From: a virus
Lineage: Duplodnaviria; Caudoviricetes
DNA length: 64,000 bases
IMG/VR virus record: IMGVR_UViG_3300028482_000001
Location: 1 to 64,000 of that record
Reading direction: 5' to 3' (one strand)
Positions within the stretch are counted from its first letter, which is position 1, and each line of letters begins with the position of its first letter. The notes under the pieces were generated by a model. That model was not told the DNA's origin and searched no databases. It worked only from the letters and a program-made list of their open reading frames with translations. The position numbers and the translations under genes were made by a program. Shown in pieces: positions 27,985 to 37,546 of the stretch.

Positions 27985-28851
27985 ATGAGTACACAACGAT
28001 ATATAGACACTTCTTTTTGGGATGATACATGGGTTCAAGAACTCGATCCATCGGAAAAACTATTGTATATCTATTTACTGACAAATCCACTAACAAACAT
28101 AGCAGGTGTAATGGAATTGACAATTAAAAGAATCTGTTTTGATACAGGATTTAATTCTGATACCGTAACTCATATTTTGAGAAAGTTTGAAAATGCAAAA
28201 AAAGTTTACAGATATAATAATTATATTATTATAAGAAACTTCCCAAAACATCAACAACTTAAAAGCGAGAATGTAATCAAAGGAATTGCCACTATTTTAA
28301 GTAAGTTATCTGACGATGTTTTAGCATATCTAGAAAAAATTGAATATCAATTTGATATTAGGGGCGTTTTTGATACCCTATGTATACCCTATACATACCC
28401 TTCGAACTATTTAAATTTAGATTTAAATTTAGATTTAAATTTAGATTTAAATTCAAATTCGGACTCTGATTTATCACAAACAACAGAAAAATTAGATAAT
28501 GAAACTGAATTAATTCAAAACAAAACAGAAATTATAACTAAAACAAAAAAAACAAAACCTATAAAACATAAACATGGGGAATTTCAAAATGTTTTACTTT
28601 CTGATGTTGAATTTAACAAATTAAAAACAGAATACGGTGAAGAAAAAGTACTAAATATAATACAGCACTTTTCAGAACTAAAAGAAATGAAAGGATACAA
28701 ATATAATTCTGATTATTTAGCATTAAAAAAATGGGGCATAGAATCCTATGAAAAAAGAACTTATTCCGCCAATTCATTAAAAGAACAGGGAAAAAAATGG
28801 CGGCCAGATAAAAAAGATTTAGATATATTAGACAAGATAACTGTGAGGTAA
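27985..28851 (+). CDS. Phage replication initiator / replisome organiser
   Basis: FWDDTWVQELDPSEKLLYIYLLTNP N-terminus; KHKHGEFQNVLL...YKYNSDYLAL C-terminus; internal 3 x TTAAATTTAGAT from 28411. Confidence 0.8.
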   Translation: MSTQRYIDTSFWDDTWVQELDPSEKLLYIYLLTNPLTNIAGVMELTIKRICFDTGFNSDTVTHILRKFENAKKVYRYNNYIIIRNFPKHQQLKSENVIKGIATILSKLSDDVLAYLEKIEYQFDIRGVFDTLCIPYTYPSNYLNLDLNLDLNLDLNSNSDSDLSQTTEKLDNETELIQNKTEIITKTKKTKPIKHKHGEFQNVLLSDVEFNKLKTEYGEEKVLNIIQHFSELKEMKGYKYNSDYLALKKWGIESYEKRTYSANSLKEQGKKWRPDKKDLDILDKITVR

Positions 28852-28853
28852 AT

Positions 28854-29522
28854 ATGGACTCTGTCAAAACAATTTTAAACAATATCGTTGTTGATTCTCA
28901 AAAAGCAGACGAGTATGAAAAAATGATAAAGAATCAAACAATGAAAGAAGAAAAAGCTAGTTTAGAATATAATTTTAAGCATATATCAGGTGTGCCAAAA
29001 AGATATTTACAAGAATCATTGGGAACATGGGAATGCAGTTCCGAAGGAGATATAGTTAATTTACGAACAATTCAACGTTTCGTAGAAATAAAAAATCAAA
29101 ACAAAATTTTGGCTTTATTAGGTAATTACGGTACAGGTAAAACTCATCTCGGATGTAGCATAATTAGAGAGATGGGAGGACTTTACGTTACAAGCCAGAA
29201 GTTATGTATTGAGTATGAAAGTGGATCAGATTTTAAAGCAGAAGCTAATAAAATGCAAATTTTGAGAAAATACTCAACTGCTCCAATGTTAATAATTGAC
29301 GAAGTTGGTAGAGGATTTAAGCCAGATTTAGAAAAAGAAATTATATCTTTTATCATTTCTGAACGATATGCGAATGATTTGCCAATGGGAATAATTTCAA
29401 ATTTCAAAAAAGATGGGTTTGTGAGATTTATCGGCGATGCAATGTACGACAGATTTTCAGAGGTGGGAATCATCCTAGAATTTTTAGGACGTAGCAAGCG
29501 ATTTGATAAACGAGTTTCTTAA
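28854..29522 (+). CDS. DnaC/IstB-like helicase loader ATPase
   Basis: Walker A GNYGTGKT, Walker B LIIDEVG. Confidence 0.88.
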   Translation: MDSVKTILNNIVVDSQKADEYEKMIKNQTMKEEKASLEYNFKHISGVPKRYLQESLGTWECSSEGDIVNLRTIQRFVEIKNQNKILALLGNYGTGKTHLGCSIIREMGGLYVTSQKLCIEYESGSDFKAEANKMQILRKYSTAPMLIIDEVGRGFKPDLEKEIISFIISERYANDLPMGIISNFKKDGFVRFIGDAMYDRFSEVGIILEFLGRSKRFDKRVS

Positions 29523-29964
29523 AACAGGAGGAATAAAAAAAATGACAGACATTAATCATGTTAATTTAATTGGGCGAATGACTAAAGATTTGGAAGAGGG
29601 AAGTTTTGGTTATACAAATACTGGAACAGCTAGAGCCAATATTAGTATTGCTGTAAACAGAAGTCGAAAAAATGGTGATCAGTGGGTTGATGAAGTTAGT
29701 TACTTTGAGGTAACTATTTGGGGAAAAACTGCGGAAAATTTAAAACCTTTTTTAACTAAGGGTAAACAAATTGCAGTAGATGGTTATTTACGACAGGATC
29801 GTTGGGAAAAAGACGGTAAAAAGAATAGCAGAGTTGTAATTGTTGCAGAAACTGTTCAACTTCTTGGCGGTAACAAAACAGAGCAATCTACTTCTGTTTT
29901 GGAAACATACACAAACAAAGAAGCACATGATAATTTTCATGGCGATGATACAATTCCATTTTAA
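29503..29964 (+). CDS. ssb: Single-stranded DNA-binding protein
   Basis: INHVNLIGRMTKD...WGKTAE...acidic tail DDTIPF. Confidence 0.93.
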   Translation: MINEFLKTGGIKKMTDINHVNLIGRMTKDLEEGSFGYTNTGTARANISIAVNRSRKNGDQWVDEVSYFEVTIWGKTAENLKPFLTKGKQIAVDGYLRQDRWEKDGKKNSRVVIVAETVQLLGGNKTEQSTSVLETYTNKEAHDNFHGDDTIPF

Positions 29965-29985
29965 TATTTCCTGAAGGAGGGGAAA

Positions 29986-30321
29986 ATGAAAAAACAAATA
30001 GTTTTATTTATTGGGGTAGGCTTACTAATTATTGGGTCTATTTTGGCATGTTCTACAAACATTGTATCTGATATTCCAGCTTTGGCAATATCAGCATTTG
30101 GACTAGGAACTTTGATTGTTTCAATTTTTCAAAAAGCAGAAAAAAAAGATTGGGTAACAGTTTCATCAATCATTTTTGTTTCTATTGGGGCTTTTTGTTG
30201 TGCTGTCGCTAGTCTATCACAAGATACAATGACAAAGGTGATTGCGACAGTAATTGCGTTAATCACACTTTTACTTGGAATTTTTGTTCCTTCGATTGTG
30301 GCAAAAATTAAAAAATCTTAA
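29986..30321 (+). CDS. Small four-TM membrane protein
   Basis: Four hydrophobic segments, GGAGG RBS. Confidence 0.6.
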   Translation: MKKQIVLFIGVGLLIIGSILACSTNIVSDIPALAISAFGLGTLIVSIFQKAEKKDWVTVSSIIFVSIGAFCCAVASLSQDTMTKVIATVIALITLLLGIFVPSIVAKIKKS

Positions 30322-30634
30322 TTCAAGGAGAGATACTTTGCAACTTGATAAGAGTAAAAAGTTTTTTGATGCAACTAAAATTCTTATTGAAAGCCTTGAG
30401 CTTAATAAAGATTTGAAAACTAACTCTGACAAGCTTGCAGAGTATCTTTTGAATACTTTATATGCAATGGAAATTTTTATTAAAAATAATACAGGTAATT
30501 TTAATAATTTTGGCTATTAATATTTTCGCACTTGTTTTAATTTGTTTGTTTTTGAGATATACAAATACATTAATGATTGCAATATTTAATTTTTTTATCG
30601 CTAGTTCTTTAATTTATATTTTAGGAAGTTTATC

Positions 30635-30988
30635 ATGAAAAAAATTTATGTATCAGGTAAAATAGGGAATTTGCCTAGAAGTGTTTGGGAAATGAAGTTT
30701 CTTAGAATTAAAAACTTATTGGCAAATAAATATGATGAAGTTGTTACACCTAGCGAAATTTGCAAAAAAGTTGAAAAAGAATTTGGAGTGGTAGATTATG
30801 CAACATATTTAGCCGCCGATATTGTTACAATTTCGGATTGTAGTCATATTTTTATGATGAAAGACTGGAGAAAATCCCCAGGCGCAAAAGTAGAAAGAGC
30901 ATATGCAAAAGCGTGTGGAATTAAAGTAGTCTATGAAAGGTGGGAGAATTTAAAAACAAAATGGGAATGTATTTTCAAAAAAAATTAA
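30635..30988 (+). CDS. DUF4406 / nucleoside deoxyribosyltransferase-like protein
   Basis: KIYVSGKI, DWRKSPGAKVERAYA. Confidence 0.75.
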   Translation: MKKIYVSGKIGNLPRSVWEMKFLRIKNLLANKYDEVVTPSEICKKVEKEFGVVDYATYLAADIVTISDCSHIFMMKDWRKSPGAKVERAYAKACGIKVVYERWENLKTKWECIFKKN

Positions 30989-31308
30989 AATATAAAAATA
31001 TAAAAGTTGAAATTGATGGTATCAAGTTTGATTCAAAAAAAGAAGCAAATAAATATCAAGAATTAATGATGTTGCAAAAAGCAGGTGTTATTAGCAATTT
31101 GCAAAGGCAAGTAAAATTCGAAGTTTGCCCTAAATCGGCGACAGAGAGAGCATCATTTTACGTCGCGGACTTCGTTTATACGCAAGCAGACGGAAAAAAA
31201 ATTATTATGGACGTAAAGTCTGAAATTACAAGAAAATTGGCAGTGTATATTTTAAAAAGAAAGTTGGTTAAAAATCTGTATAAAGATTATATTTTTTTGG
31301 AAAGTTAA
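30940..31308 (+). CDS. DUF1064-family endonuclease
   Basis: DGIKFDSKKEA, YVADFVY, DVKS. Confidence 0.8.
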   Translation: MGEFKNKMGMYFQKKLKYKNIKVEIDGIKFDSKKEANKYQELMMLQKAGVISNLQRQVKFEVCPKSATERASFYVADFVYTQADGKKIIMDVKSEITRKLAVYILKRKLVKNLYKDYIFLES

Positions 31309-31377
31309 TATTATTTTTAATACTTAATATATCAAAAAAGTATTGAAATTAATCATACATTGTATTAAAATTAAAAT

Positions 31378-31671
31378 ATGAATACAAAAAATTTTATTAG
31401 AAATGAACTATTAGCCAAACAAAAAGAAAAGTTTATTGGAACTTTAAAGTTCGGCATAGAACATGGAGTAATTGTTTCAGAAGTGTTGAACAACAAACCT
31501 GTGGATGAAAAAGAAAGTTTTGATTTTGATCTTAACTTTCTTGATTCTGATTTTTTTGGCAATGTAGAATTTAAAATATGGCAAGGAATTGTTACTTCTT
31601 GTACATTTCAACAAACTTTTCAGGGAAACAGCCTGCAAAGGAGAATAAATGCAAATTTGTCAAGAATGTAA
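31378..31671 (+). CDS. Hypothetical protein
   Basis: ORF after promoter-like sequence. Confidence 0.45.
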   Translation: MNTKNFIRNELLAKQKEKFIGTLKFGIEHGVIVSEVLNNKPVDEKESFDFDLNFLDSDFFGNVEFKIWQGIVTSCTFQQTFQGNSLQRRINANLSRM

Positions 31672-31787
31672 ACAGCCAGTAATTTACATCGCTGTAAAAA
31701 ATGACAGAGTTGTTAAATGTGATGCAGAACCATTAGAGGTATATACACAATTAGGACGAAAATTTTGGGCGTATACAAAACATCGGT

Positions 31788-32066
31788 GTGAGGGAAAAAA
31801 TGAAAATAGAAATGCTTAATAATAAAGTTTTAGTTAGCATAAAACAAAAACAAACAAAAACTAAATCAGGGATTATTTTGCCCGAAGAAAAGAACGAAAG
31901 AATTGTTATGTGTAAAGTTGAGGCTGTTCCTGTAAATATTGATGTGCCAATAACTAAAGGCGATTTTATTTATGCTGATAAATATAAACTTACAGAATGT
32001 GAAATTGATGGCAAAGGATTTATAGTTGATGCAGATGATATTCTAGCAGTTGTAGATATGGCATAG
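31788..32066 (+). CDS. groES: Co-chaperonin GroES-like protein
   Basis: KTKSGIILPE mobile loop, GDFIY, DDILAVV. Confidence 0.8.
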   Translation: MREKMKIEMLNNKVLVSIKQKQTKTKSGIILPEEKNERIVMCKVEAVPVNIDVPITKGDFIYADKYKLTECEIDGKGFIVDADDILAVVDMA

Positions 32067-32073
32067 CCTAGAG

Positions 32074-32793
32074 GTGAAAAAAATGGCGAAGGAAAAGTAT
32101 ACAGATACATTGCCAGATGGCTCAATCATTGACTTAGATGCCTACGATTGGGGTGGTGTAAAACTTCTTAAAAGACAAAAGCTATTAATTATTTGGTATA
32201 CAACTCCAGGACAAAATGGATATAAAAATCCTACAGTTGCAGCTCAAAAAGCTGGGTATTCTACAAAAACTTCGTATGTTGCTAAACACAAACTTATTCG
32301 GGAATGTCCTGCTGTGGTTAATTTAATTAAGAAATTTACAGATGAACAAATTAAAGTGTCTGTAAAAGATGCTGTTGATAAATTAATCACGCAAAAAATT
32401 TCGAGGGCCACATATAATATTAAGGATTTTTACACAAATACAGAAATAGAAAACCCTGAAACAGGAGTAACTAGACAGATTACATCTGTTATCCCTTTAG
32501 AAGAACTTGACAGAGAAAAAGCGGCGATAATTGATAACATCGAGATTAACAATGTCGGTATTACGACATATAAATTACCAAACAGAGAAAAAGAAACAAA
32601 CGATTTGATTAAATTAAACGAACAACTTAATGGCAATGCAAATAGCAATGAATATGACGTTGAAACTACTCTGGACGTAATCAAAGAAAACTTCGCATCA
32701 GTTAAAACAACAATTAAACTTAGAAATCAAGAAATTAGAGAAGCTGCTGGCGAATACATCGAAACTAACGAGAATCAGCCTGATTATGATTAA
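32074..32793 (+). CDS. terS: Terminase small subunit
   Basis: AAQKAGYS HTH, directly upstream of TerL. Confidence 0.65.
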   Translation: MKKMAKEKYTDTLPDGSIIDLDAYDWGGVKLLKRQKLLIIWYTTPGQNGYKNPTVAAQKAGYSTKTSYVAKHKLIRECPAVVNLIKKFTDEQIKVSVKDAVDKLITQKISRATYNIKDFYTNTEIENPETGVTRQITSVIPLEELDREKAAIIDNIEINNVGITTYKLPNREKETNDLIKLNEQLNGNANSNEYDVETTLDVIKENFASVKTTIKLRNQEIREAAGEYIETNENQPDYD

Positions 32794-32901
32794 AATTAAT
32801 AAGAAAATATTCAAAATTTATCACTTTTTTGAAGTTTTTTTATCAAAAAAGTAGAGTTTTTATATTTTATTTTATCATTTTTTATAAAATAGGGGTTCTT
32901 T

Positions 32902-34524
32902 GTGGAAAAATTAACACCAGATGAAAGATTAGATTATCTTTATGCTTATTGTAAATTTGATGATAAGCAACTTGTACTAGACCCTTGGCAAGAAGATTTT
33001 ATTTTATCAACTAAACAATTTATTTCAATTCTTAAATCAAGACGTACTGGGTTTTCTTTTGCAACAGGTTTAAAAGGTTTGTCAAAAGCCTTAGATCCTG
33101 GTAGACAAAAGTATGTTAAACAATTTGTATCTTACAACGAATCCGACGCACAAGAAAAAATTAGGTACATACGCGAGTTTTATGATTCTATTCCGAATTT
33201 TGCAAAGAAAAAAATTATCACAGAAAATAAATCAGAAATTGAATTATTGGACGCAAATGGGAAAACTACATCTCGTTTAATTTCAATGCCTTGTAGACCA
33301 CCTCGTGGAAAAGGTGGAGATATTTCTCTTGATGAATACGGTATATTTCTTCCTAATATGTCTAAATTAGTATACACTGCTGCTTTGTATGTTATTTCTC
33401 GTGGTGGAACAATTGAAGTAGGTTCAACACCTTTAGGATGTATTGGTCGCTTTTATGAAATCTGCACAGACAAGAAAAAATATCCTGCTTATCAAAGGTT
33501 TAATGTTCCTTGGTGGTTTTCTACTGCTCTGTGTATTGATGTAGGAACAGCTGTACGTGAAGCACCTAATATGAACACAGAAGAAAGAGTCGAGAAATTT
33601 GCAACAGAAACACTTAAAGAAATATTTAGAAACGATGTTTTAGAAGATTTTCAGCAAGAGTGTGAATGTCTGTTCATTGATAGTGCCGAAAGTTATATCA
33701 CTTTAGAAGAAATTTATTCCTGTACTCCTGGAATGAATGAAGATTATTCCAATGAAGATTTAGAAAAAGATTTAGAATTTGGTGAGGCAGACAGTTTCTT
33801 TGGTAAAGAATTACAAATTTGCAAGACTGTAGATGATATGTGTACTACAGAATACAATCCGGAAAAACATGGAGTATTGTATTTAGGGTATGATATTGCA
33901 AAAAAAAGAGATGCTGCAAGTATTTTTGTTTTGGGGCTTTTACCAAATGGCAAAAAGAAAGTTTTTGGGTATGAAGAATTAAGGGGTAAAGATTTTGAAT
34001 ATCAAATTGCAGCAATAAAAAGATTAAATCAGGCATTGCCTATTAGAAGAATGTGTATTGACTGTACGGGAATGGGGTTGCCTATTCTGGAAAGACTTGA
34101 AAAAGATATTGGAAAAGCAAAAGTTGAGGGAATATATTTTACTGCACAGGCAAAAGAAGAAATGGCACAAGGAATAAAATTAGGTTTGCAACACAGAGAG
34201 TTTATTTTGCCTAATGATAAAAACTTGCATCATCAAATACACAGTATCAGAAGAATTGCAACTAGTGGAAATAATTTTAGGTATGATGCAGATAGAGATG
34301 AGAACGGACATGCAGATACATTTTGGAGTTTTGCACTTGCAAATTTAGCTTGTGGAGATTCAAGAACTAATGGCTTTTATGAACAACGAGCAGAGAAAAA
34401 AATTAAAGAAAAACTGGCTCAAAAATCAATAAAACAAACAAATGATCAGAATGGAGAAAAAGATAGTGTAATTCAAAAGGGGAAAAGTTTAAGACAAATT
34501 AATAAAATGTTTGGGTATAGATAA
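32902..34524 (+). CDS. terL: Terminase large subunit
   Basis: KSRRTGFS, LDEYG, GSTP ATPase motifs; LGYDIA, IDCTG, HADTFWS nuclease motifs. Confidence 0.92.
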   Translation: MEKLTPDERLDYLYAYCKFDDKQLVLDPWQEDFILSTKQFISILKSRRTGFSFATGLKGLSKALDPGRQKYVKQFVSYNESDAQEKIRYIREFYDSIPNFAKKKIITENKSEIELLDANGKTTSRLISMPCRPPRGKGGDISLDEYGIFLPNMSKLVYTAALYVISRGGTIEVGSTPLGCIGRFYEICTDKKKYPAYQRFNVPWWFSTALCIDVGTAVREAPNMNTEERVEKFATETLKEIFRNDVLEDFQQECECLFIDSAESYITLEEIYSCTPGMNEDYSNEDLEKDLEFGEADSFFGKELQICKTVDDMCTTEYNPEKHGVLYLGYDIAKKRDAASIFVLGLLPNGKKKVFGYEELRGKDFEYQIAAIKRLNQALPIRRMCIDCTGMGLPILERLEKDIGKAKVEGIYFTAQAKEEMAQGIKLGLQHREFILPNDKNLHHQIHSIRRIATSGNNFRYDADRDENGHADTFWSFALANLACGDSRTNGFYEQRAEKKIKEKLAQKSIKQTNDQNGEKDSVIQKGKSLRQINKMFGYR

Positions 34525-34556
34525 AATGGGAGAAAAAAAAGGAGCTTAGAAAAAAA

Positions 34557-35186
34557 ATGGTAAAATTGGTTATCAAGAAATCTGCTTATGTAGAGCTTTT
34601 AAAATCTTTTGGAGTGAAATACAAATATAAAAAACTCATAAATGGAAAATGGAGATATTACTATGCGGATGATAGGGAAATATCTGTTAGATGGCATGAA
34701 CACAATGCAACAAAACAAGAATTAAGAACTTTTATACACGATACAATAACTAATCCAAATTATGATGAAAATATTAAATTGTGTGATATACCTAGTCATT
34801 TTTCAAACAAACTTAAACTAAAATTAGGGATAAATATAGACAGTTTAACAATGGGAAGTTCTGAATTAAGACATTCGTTAAATCTAAGAAAACATAATAT
34901 ATCATCGGAAGATATTTTATTATTCAGACGAACAATACAAAATAAACATACAATTATTCGTTATGAAGGTACTTCAAGAAGAAGAAAAACTAATTTGATA
35001 AAATTTAAAGGATATTCAAGAGGTACTATTTATTTTATAGCTAGTTATAATAAATACGGAGAATTAAAACTGTTTGATTGTTATAGGGAAGGCAAAATAG
35101 AAAAATCTGTGAGACTTCCATGTACATGCCCGGAAGCTAACGCCCTTGACGATTCACAGCCTATACTTATAGTAACGCTTTTATAA
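34557..35186 (+). CDS. Putative head-cargo protein with PBECR-like RNase domain
   Basis: N-terminal MVKLVIKKS tag; ELRHSL..RKH..SSED pattern; family call tentative. Confidence 0.5.
   Translation: MVKLVIKKSAYVELLKSFGVKYKYKKLINGKWRYYYADDREISVRWHEHNATKQELRTFIHDTITNPNYDENIKLCDIPSHFSNKLKLKLGINIDSLTMGSSELRHSLNLRKHNISSEDILLFRRTIQNKHTIIRYEGTSRRRKTNLIKFKGYSRGTIYFIASYNKYGELKLFDCYREGKIEKSVRLPCTCPEANALDDSQPILIVTLL
35097..35162 (-). ncRNA. Candidate antisense structured RNA (unit B)
   Basis: Minus-strand TTGACA(35197-35192)-17-TACTAT(35174-35169); CTGTGA/TCACAG and GCTTCC/GGAAGT stems, then T-rich tail. Confidence 0.55.
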
Positions 35187-35391
35187 AAAATTGTCAAATA
35201 AAATGTTTTATAAATACGAAGACGTATTTATGAGAGAGTAAAGGTATAGGAATTTCCTACACCTTTGATGGGGTCTCTATTATCCACCCCATAATTATAG
35301 ACAATTATTGTGGTTGACGGTATCGGAATTTGCGAGGTCGTGATTATTGATACAAAGGGGGTATCTGTTCGTTACCTCCTGTTATACGATT

Positions 35392-35715
35392 TTAGTTATT
35401 TTTCCAAAATTCAACTTGATTGTGAATAAGCGAAATAATGGAATCTCTTTTTTTACCTTCTACTGTTAATAATTCATGTGCTACTTTTTGAATATCTAGG
35501 GGTAAATTGGTTGTAGGGTTTTCTCCAGTCAGTAACCATTCCATAGATACGTTTAATAATTTGCTACACTGATATACAAATTCTGCATCAGGACTGTTTT
35601 GTCTTAAAAATCTTTGTTCTAAAGTTGATTTTTGAATATTTATCTTACTTGCCAATTCTTTATGGGTAATACAGTTGTACTCTAATTCTCCTCTTAGTCT
35701 ATCCCAAAAATTCAT
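35392..35715 (-). CDS. XRE-family HTH repressor
   Basis: MNFWDRL...SKLLNVSMEWLLTGENP; closely resembles 19279-19617. Confidence 0.85.
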   Translation of the reverse strand: MNFWDRLRGELEYNCITHKELASKINIQKSTLEQRFLRQNSPDAEFVYQCSKLLNVSMEWLLTGENPTTNLPLDIQKVAHELLTVEGKKRDSIISLIHNQVEFWKNN

Positions 35716-35838
35716 ATTTTTTTATCCTTGTTTAATCACATTCCTTTTTATGTATCGGAATAATACTACATTTTATTAAATAAAAGTTGACAAGGTCAAC
35801 AATTTGTAGTATAAATATTTTATGATACTACAAATTGT

Positions 35839-36558
35839 ATGATAAAAGGGGTGAAAATGCTAACAAATGTAATAATGAAATCGGAAAAGGATAGAGAGTT
35901 GTTTGGTGTTGTTATAAGACAAAACACCAAAGATTCAATGTTATCTTTAACTGATTTGCAAGAGGCTTTTACTAGAGCAAGAATAATGAATGGTTGGAAA
36001 TCAAAGGGTGAGATTCAGCATATTATCAATGGACAAGAAAATGCAGAACGTATTTATTATGTCCTTTTAGAACAGAAGCTCATAAATTGTGATTATTCTC
36101 AATTTATGGAAATGGTACACGAAAAAGGGATGGTAAAAGTTTTGAAAGAATTAAGTGTTTACCGAACGACAGGCAGAGGGGAAAACAAACAATCTGTTTG
36201 CAATCCTTATATTTGGGTGTTAGTTGCAATGGAACTTAATCCTCAGTTATATGCCAAAGTTGTTACATGGTTGACAGACAAACTTATCCTTAATCGTATA
36301 GAAGCAGGGAATTTTTATAAATCTTTGTCAAGTGCATTGTATAAAATTCCTCAACCGAATTATCCAGAAATTGCAAAAGCATTAAATACAAAAGTTTTTG
36401 GGAAACATGAAACAAGTATTAGAAACAAAGGGTCTCAAAAACAATTATCCGAACTTACAAGAATTGAAGATAATATTGCCTATTGTATTAACAAGGGTTT
36501 TTTCAAAACAAACGAAGATGTTTTAAACGCAATAAATGAATTTGAGGTTCAAAAATGA
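35839..36558 (+). CDS. KilA-N domain protein
   Basis: IRQNTKDSMLSLTDL, NPYIWVLVAMELNP. Confidence 0.75.
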   Translation: MIKGVKMLTNVIMKSEKDRELFGVVIRQNTKDSMLSLTDLQEAFTRARIMNGWKSKGEIQHIINGQENAERIYYVLLEQKLINCDYSQFMEMVHEKGMVKVLKELSVYRTTGRGENKQSVCNPYIWVLVAMELNPQLYAKVVTWLTDKLILNRIEAGNFYKSLSSALYKIPQPNYPEIAKALNTKVFGKHETSIRNKGSQKQLSELTRIEDNIAYCINKGFFKTNEDVLNAINEFEVQK

Positions 36559-37310
36559 AAAAAATAAAAACAATGAAGAAGTGTCAAAACCTACCACAGC
36601 TTACACTTCTTCAAAAGGAGCTACTAATGAATAACTCACTTATTTTATCGGATGTTAAGACTGAAAACTTAACTACAATGTCTACAAAAGAACTTGCAAA
36701 TTTTCTAAAAACAAGTCCAAAAGTTATTTTAGAAAATGCAAAAAAATGTTTGCCTAATAAAAAAATTGAAAATGGTAAACCAACTTATTGGGATAAAGCA
36801 GAAGTAACTGTTTTAATTTATTTTATGCAAAATAATAAAACGACAATGTTTAATTCTCAAGCAAGTCAAGCTTTTACCGACGGGTTAAGGTCTGTTTCTA
36901 CCGACCTAACACCAGCATTAAAATTAAAAAAGGCACTAGATTTAGCACAAGAAGCATACGAAGAAGAACTACAAATAATTAGAGCAAGAGCAGAACTTGC
37001 AGAAAGTGTAGTAAATCGTATTGCAGATGGTAAAGGTTGTTACACAATGAACCAAACAGCAAAAGCTCTAAAATTGCCTTACGGAAATATTAAATTGTTT
37101 GAAAAATTAAGAGCTATGCAGATTCTTAATCTTGATAACTCACCAAAACAAGAACAAATTAACAATGGAAATTTTAAGGTAGTTGTAAAGTTTATTAACG
37201 AAAAAATCGGAAACAAACCTGTAACACTTACAACTAGTAAAGGACTTGTTTATTTAGCAAAAAAATTAAATACAGAAATTGATGAAAGTGTTTTACCCGA
37301 TTACGAGTAG
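36555..37310 (+). CDS. Antirepressor-like protein (ANT/KilAC C-terminus)
   Basis: MSTKELA...; YTMNQTAKAL..GNIKLFEKLR; TLTTSKGL. Confidence 0.7.
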   Translation: MKKIKTMKKCQNLPQLTLLQKELLMNNSLILSDVKTENLTTMSTKELANFLKTSPKVILENAKKCLPNKKIENGKPTYWDKAEVTVLIYFMQNNKTTMFNSQASQAFTDGLRSVSTDLTPALKLKKALDLAQEAYEEELQIIRARAELAESVVNRIADGKGCYTMNQTAKALKLPYGNIKLFEKLRAMQILNLDNSPKQEQINNGNFKVVVKFINEKIGNKPVTLTTSKGLVYLAKKLNTEIDESVLPDYE

Positions 37311-37487
37311 AAACTAACTTAAAGGAAGGTAAATATGGAAACAATTAAAAGCTTTATTAAGTACTTGAAATTGTCAAAAAAGTATAAGGATGCAATAAGA
37401 AAAGTGATAGATAGTTTTTATGATGAATACAAATTGAAAAACTAACACTTGAAACAATTATAAACATGTAATAAAATTAATATGAAC

Positions 37488-37546
37488 GATGTGTCAAAAA
37501 GACAGTCATTTATCTTTCATGGGATAAGTGGCTGTCTTTTTTTTTT
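37488..37546 (+). promoter_or_regulatory. Late-gene leader terminator, copy 1
   Basis: GATGTG box then AAGACAGTCATTTATC/GATAAGTGGCTGTCTT and T run, between promoter (TTGAAA 37449) and portal. Confidence 0.75.

Noticed and set aside
27920-28460. CRISPR array
   Set aside because: Short tandem repeats without unique spacers; no cas genes in the window
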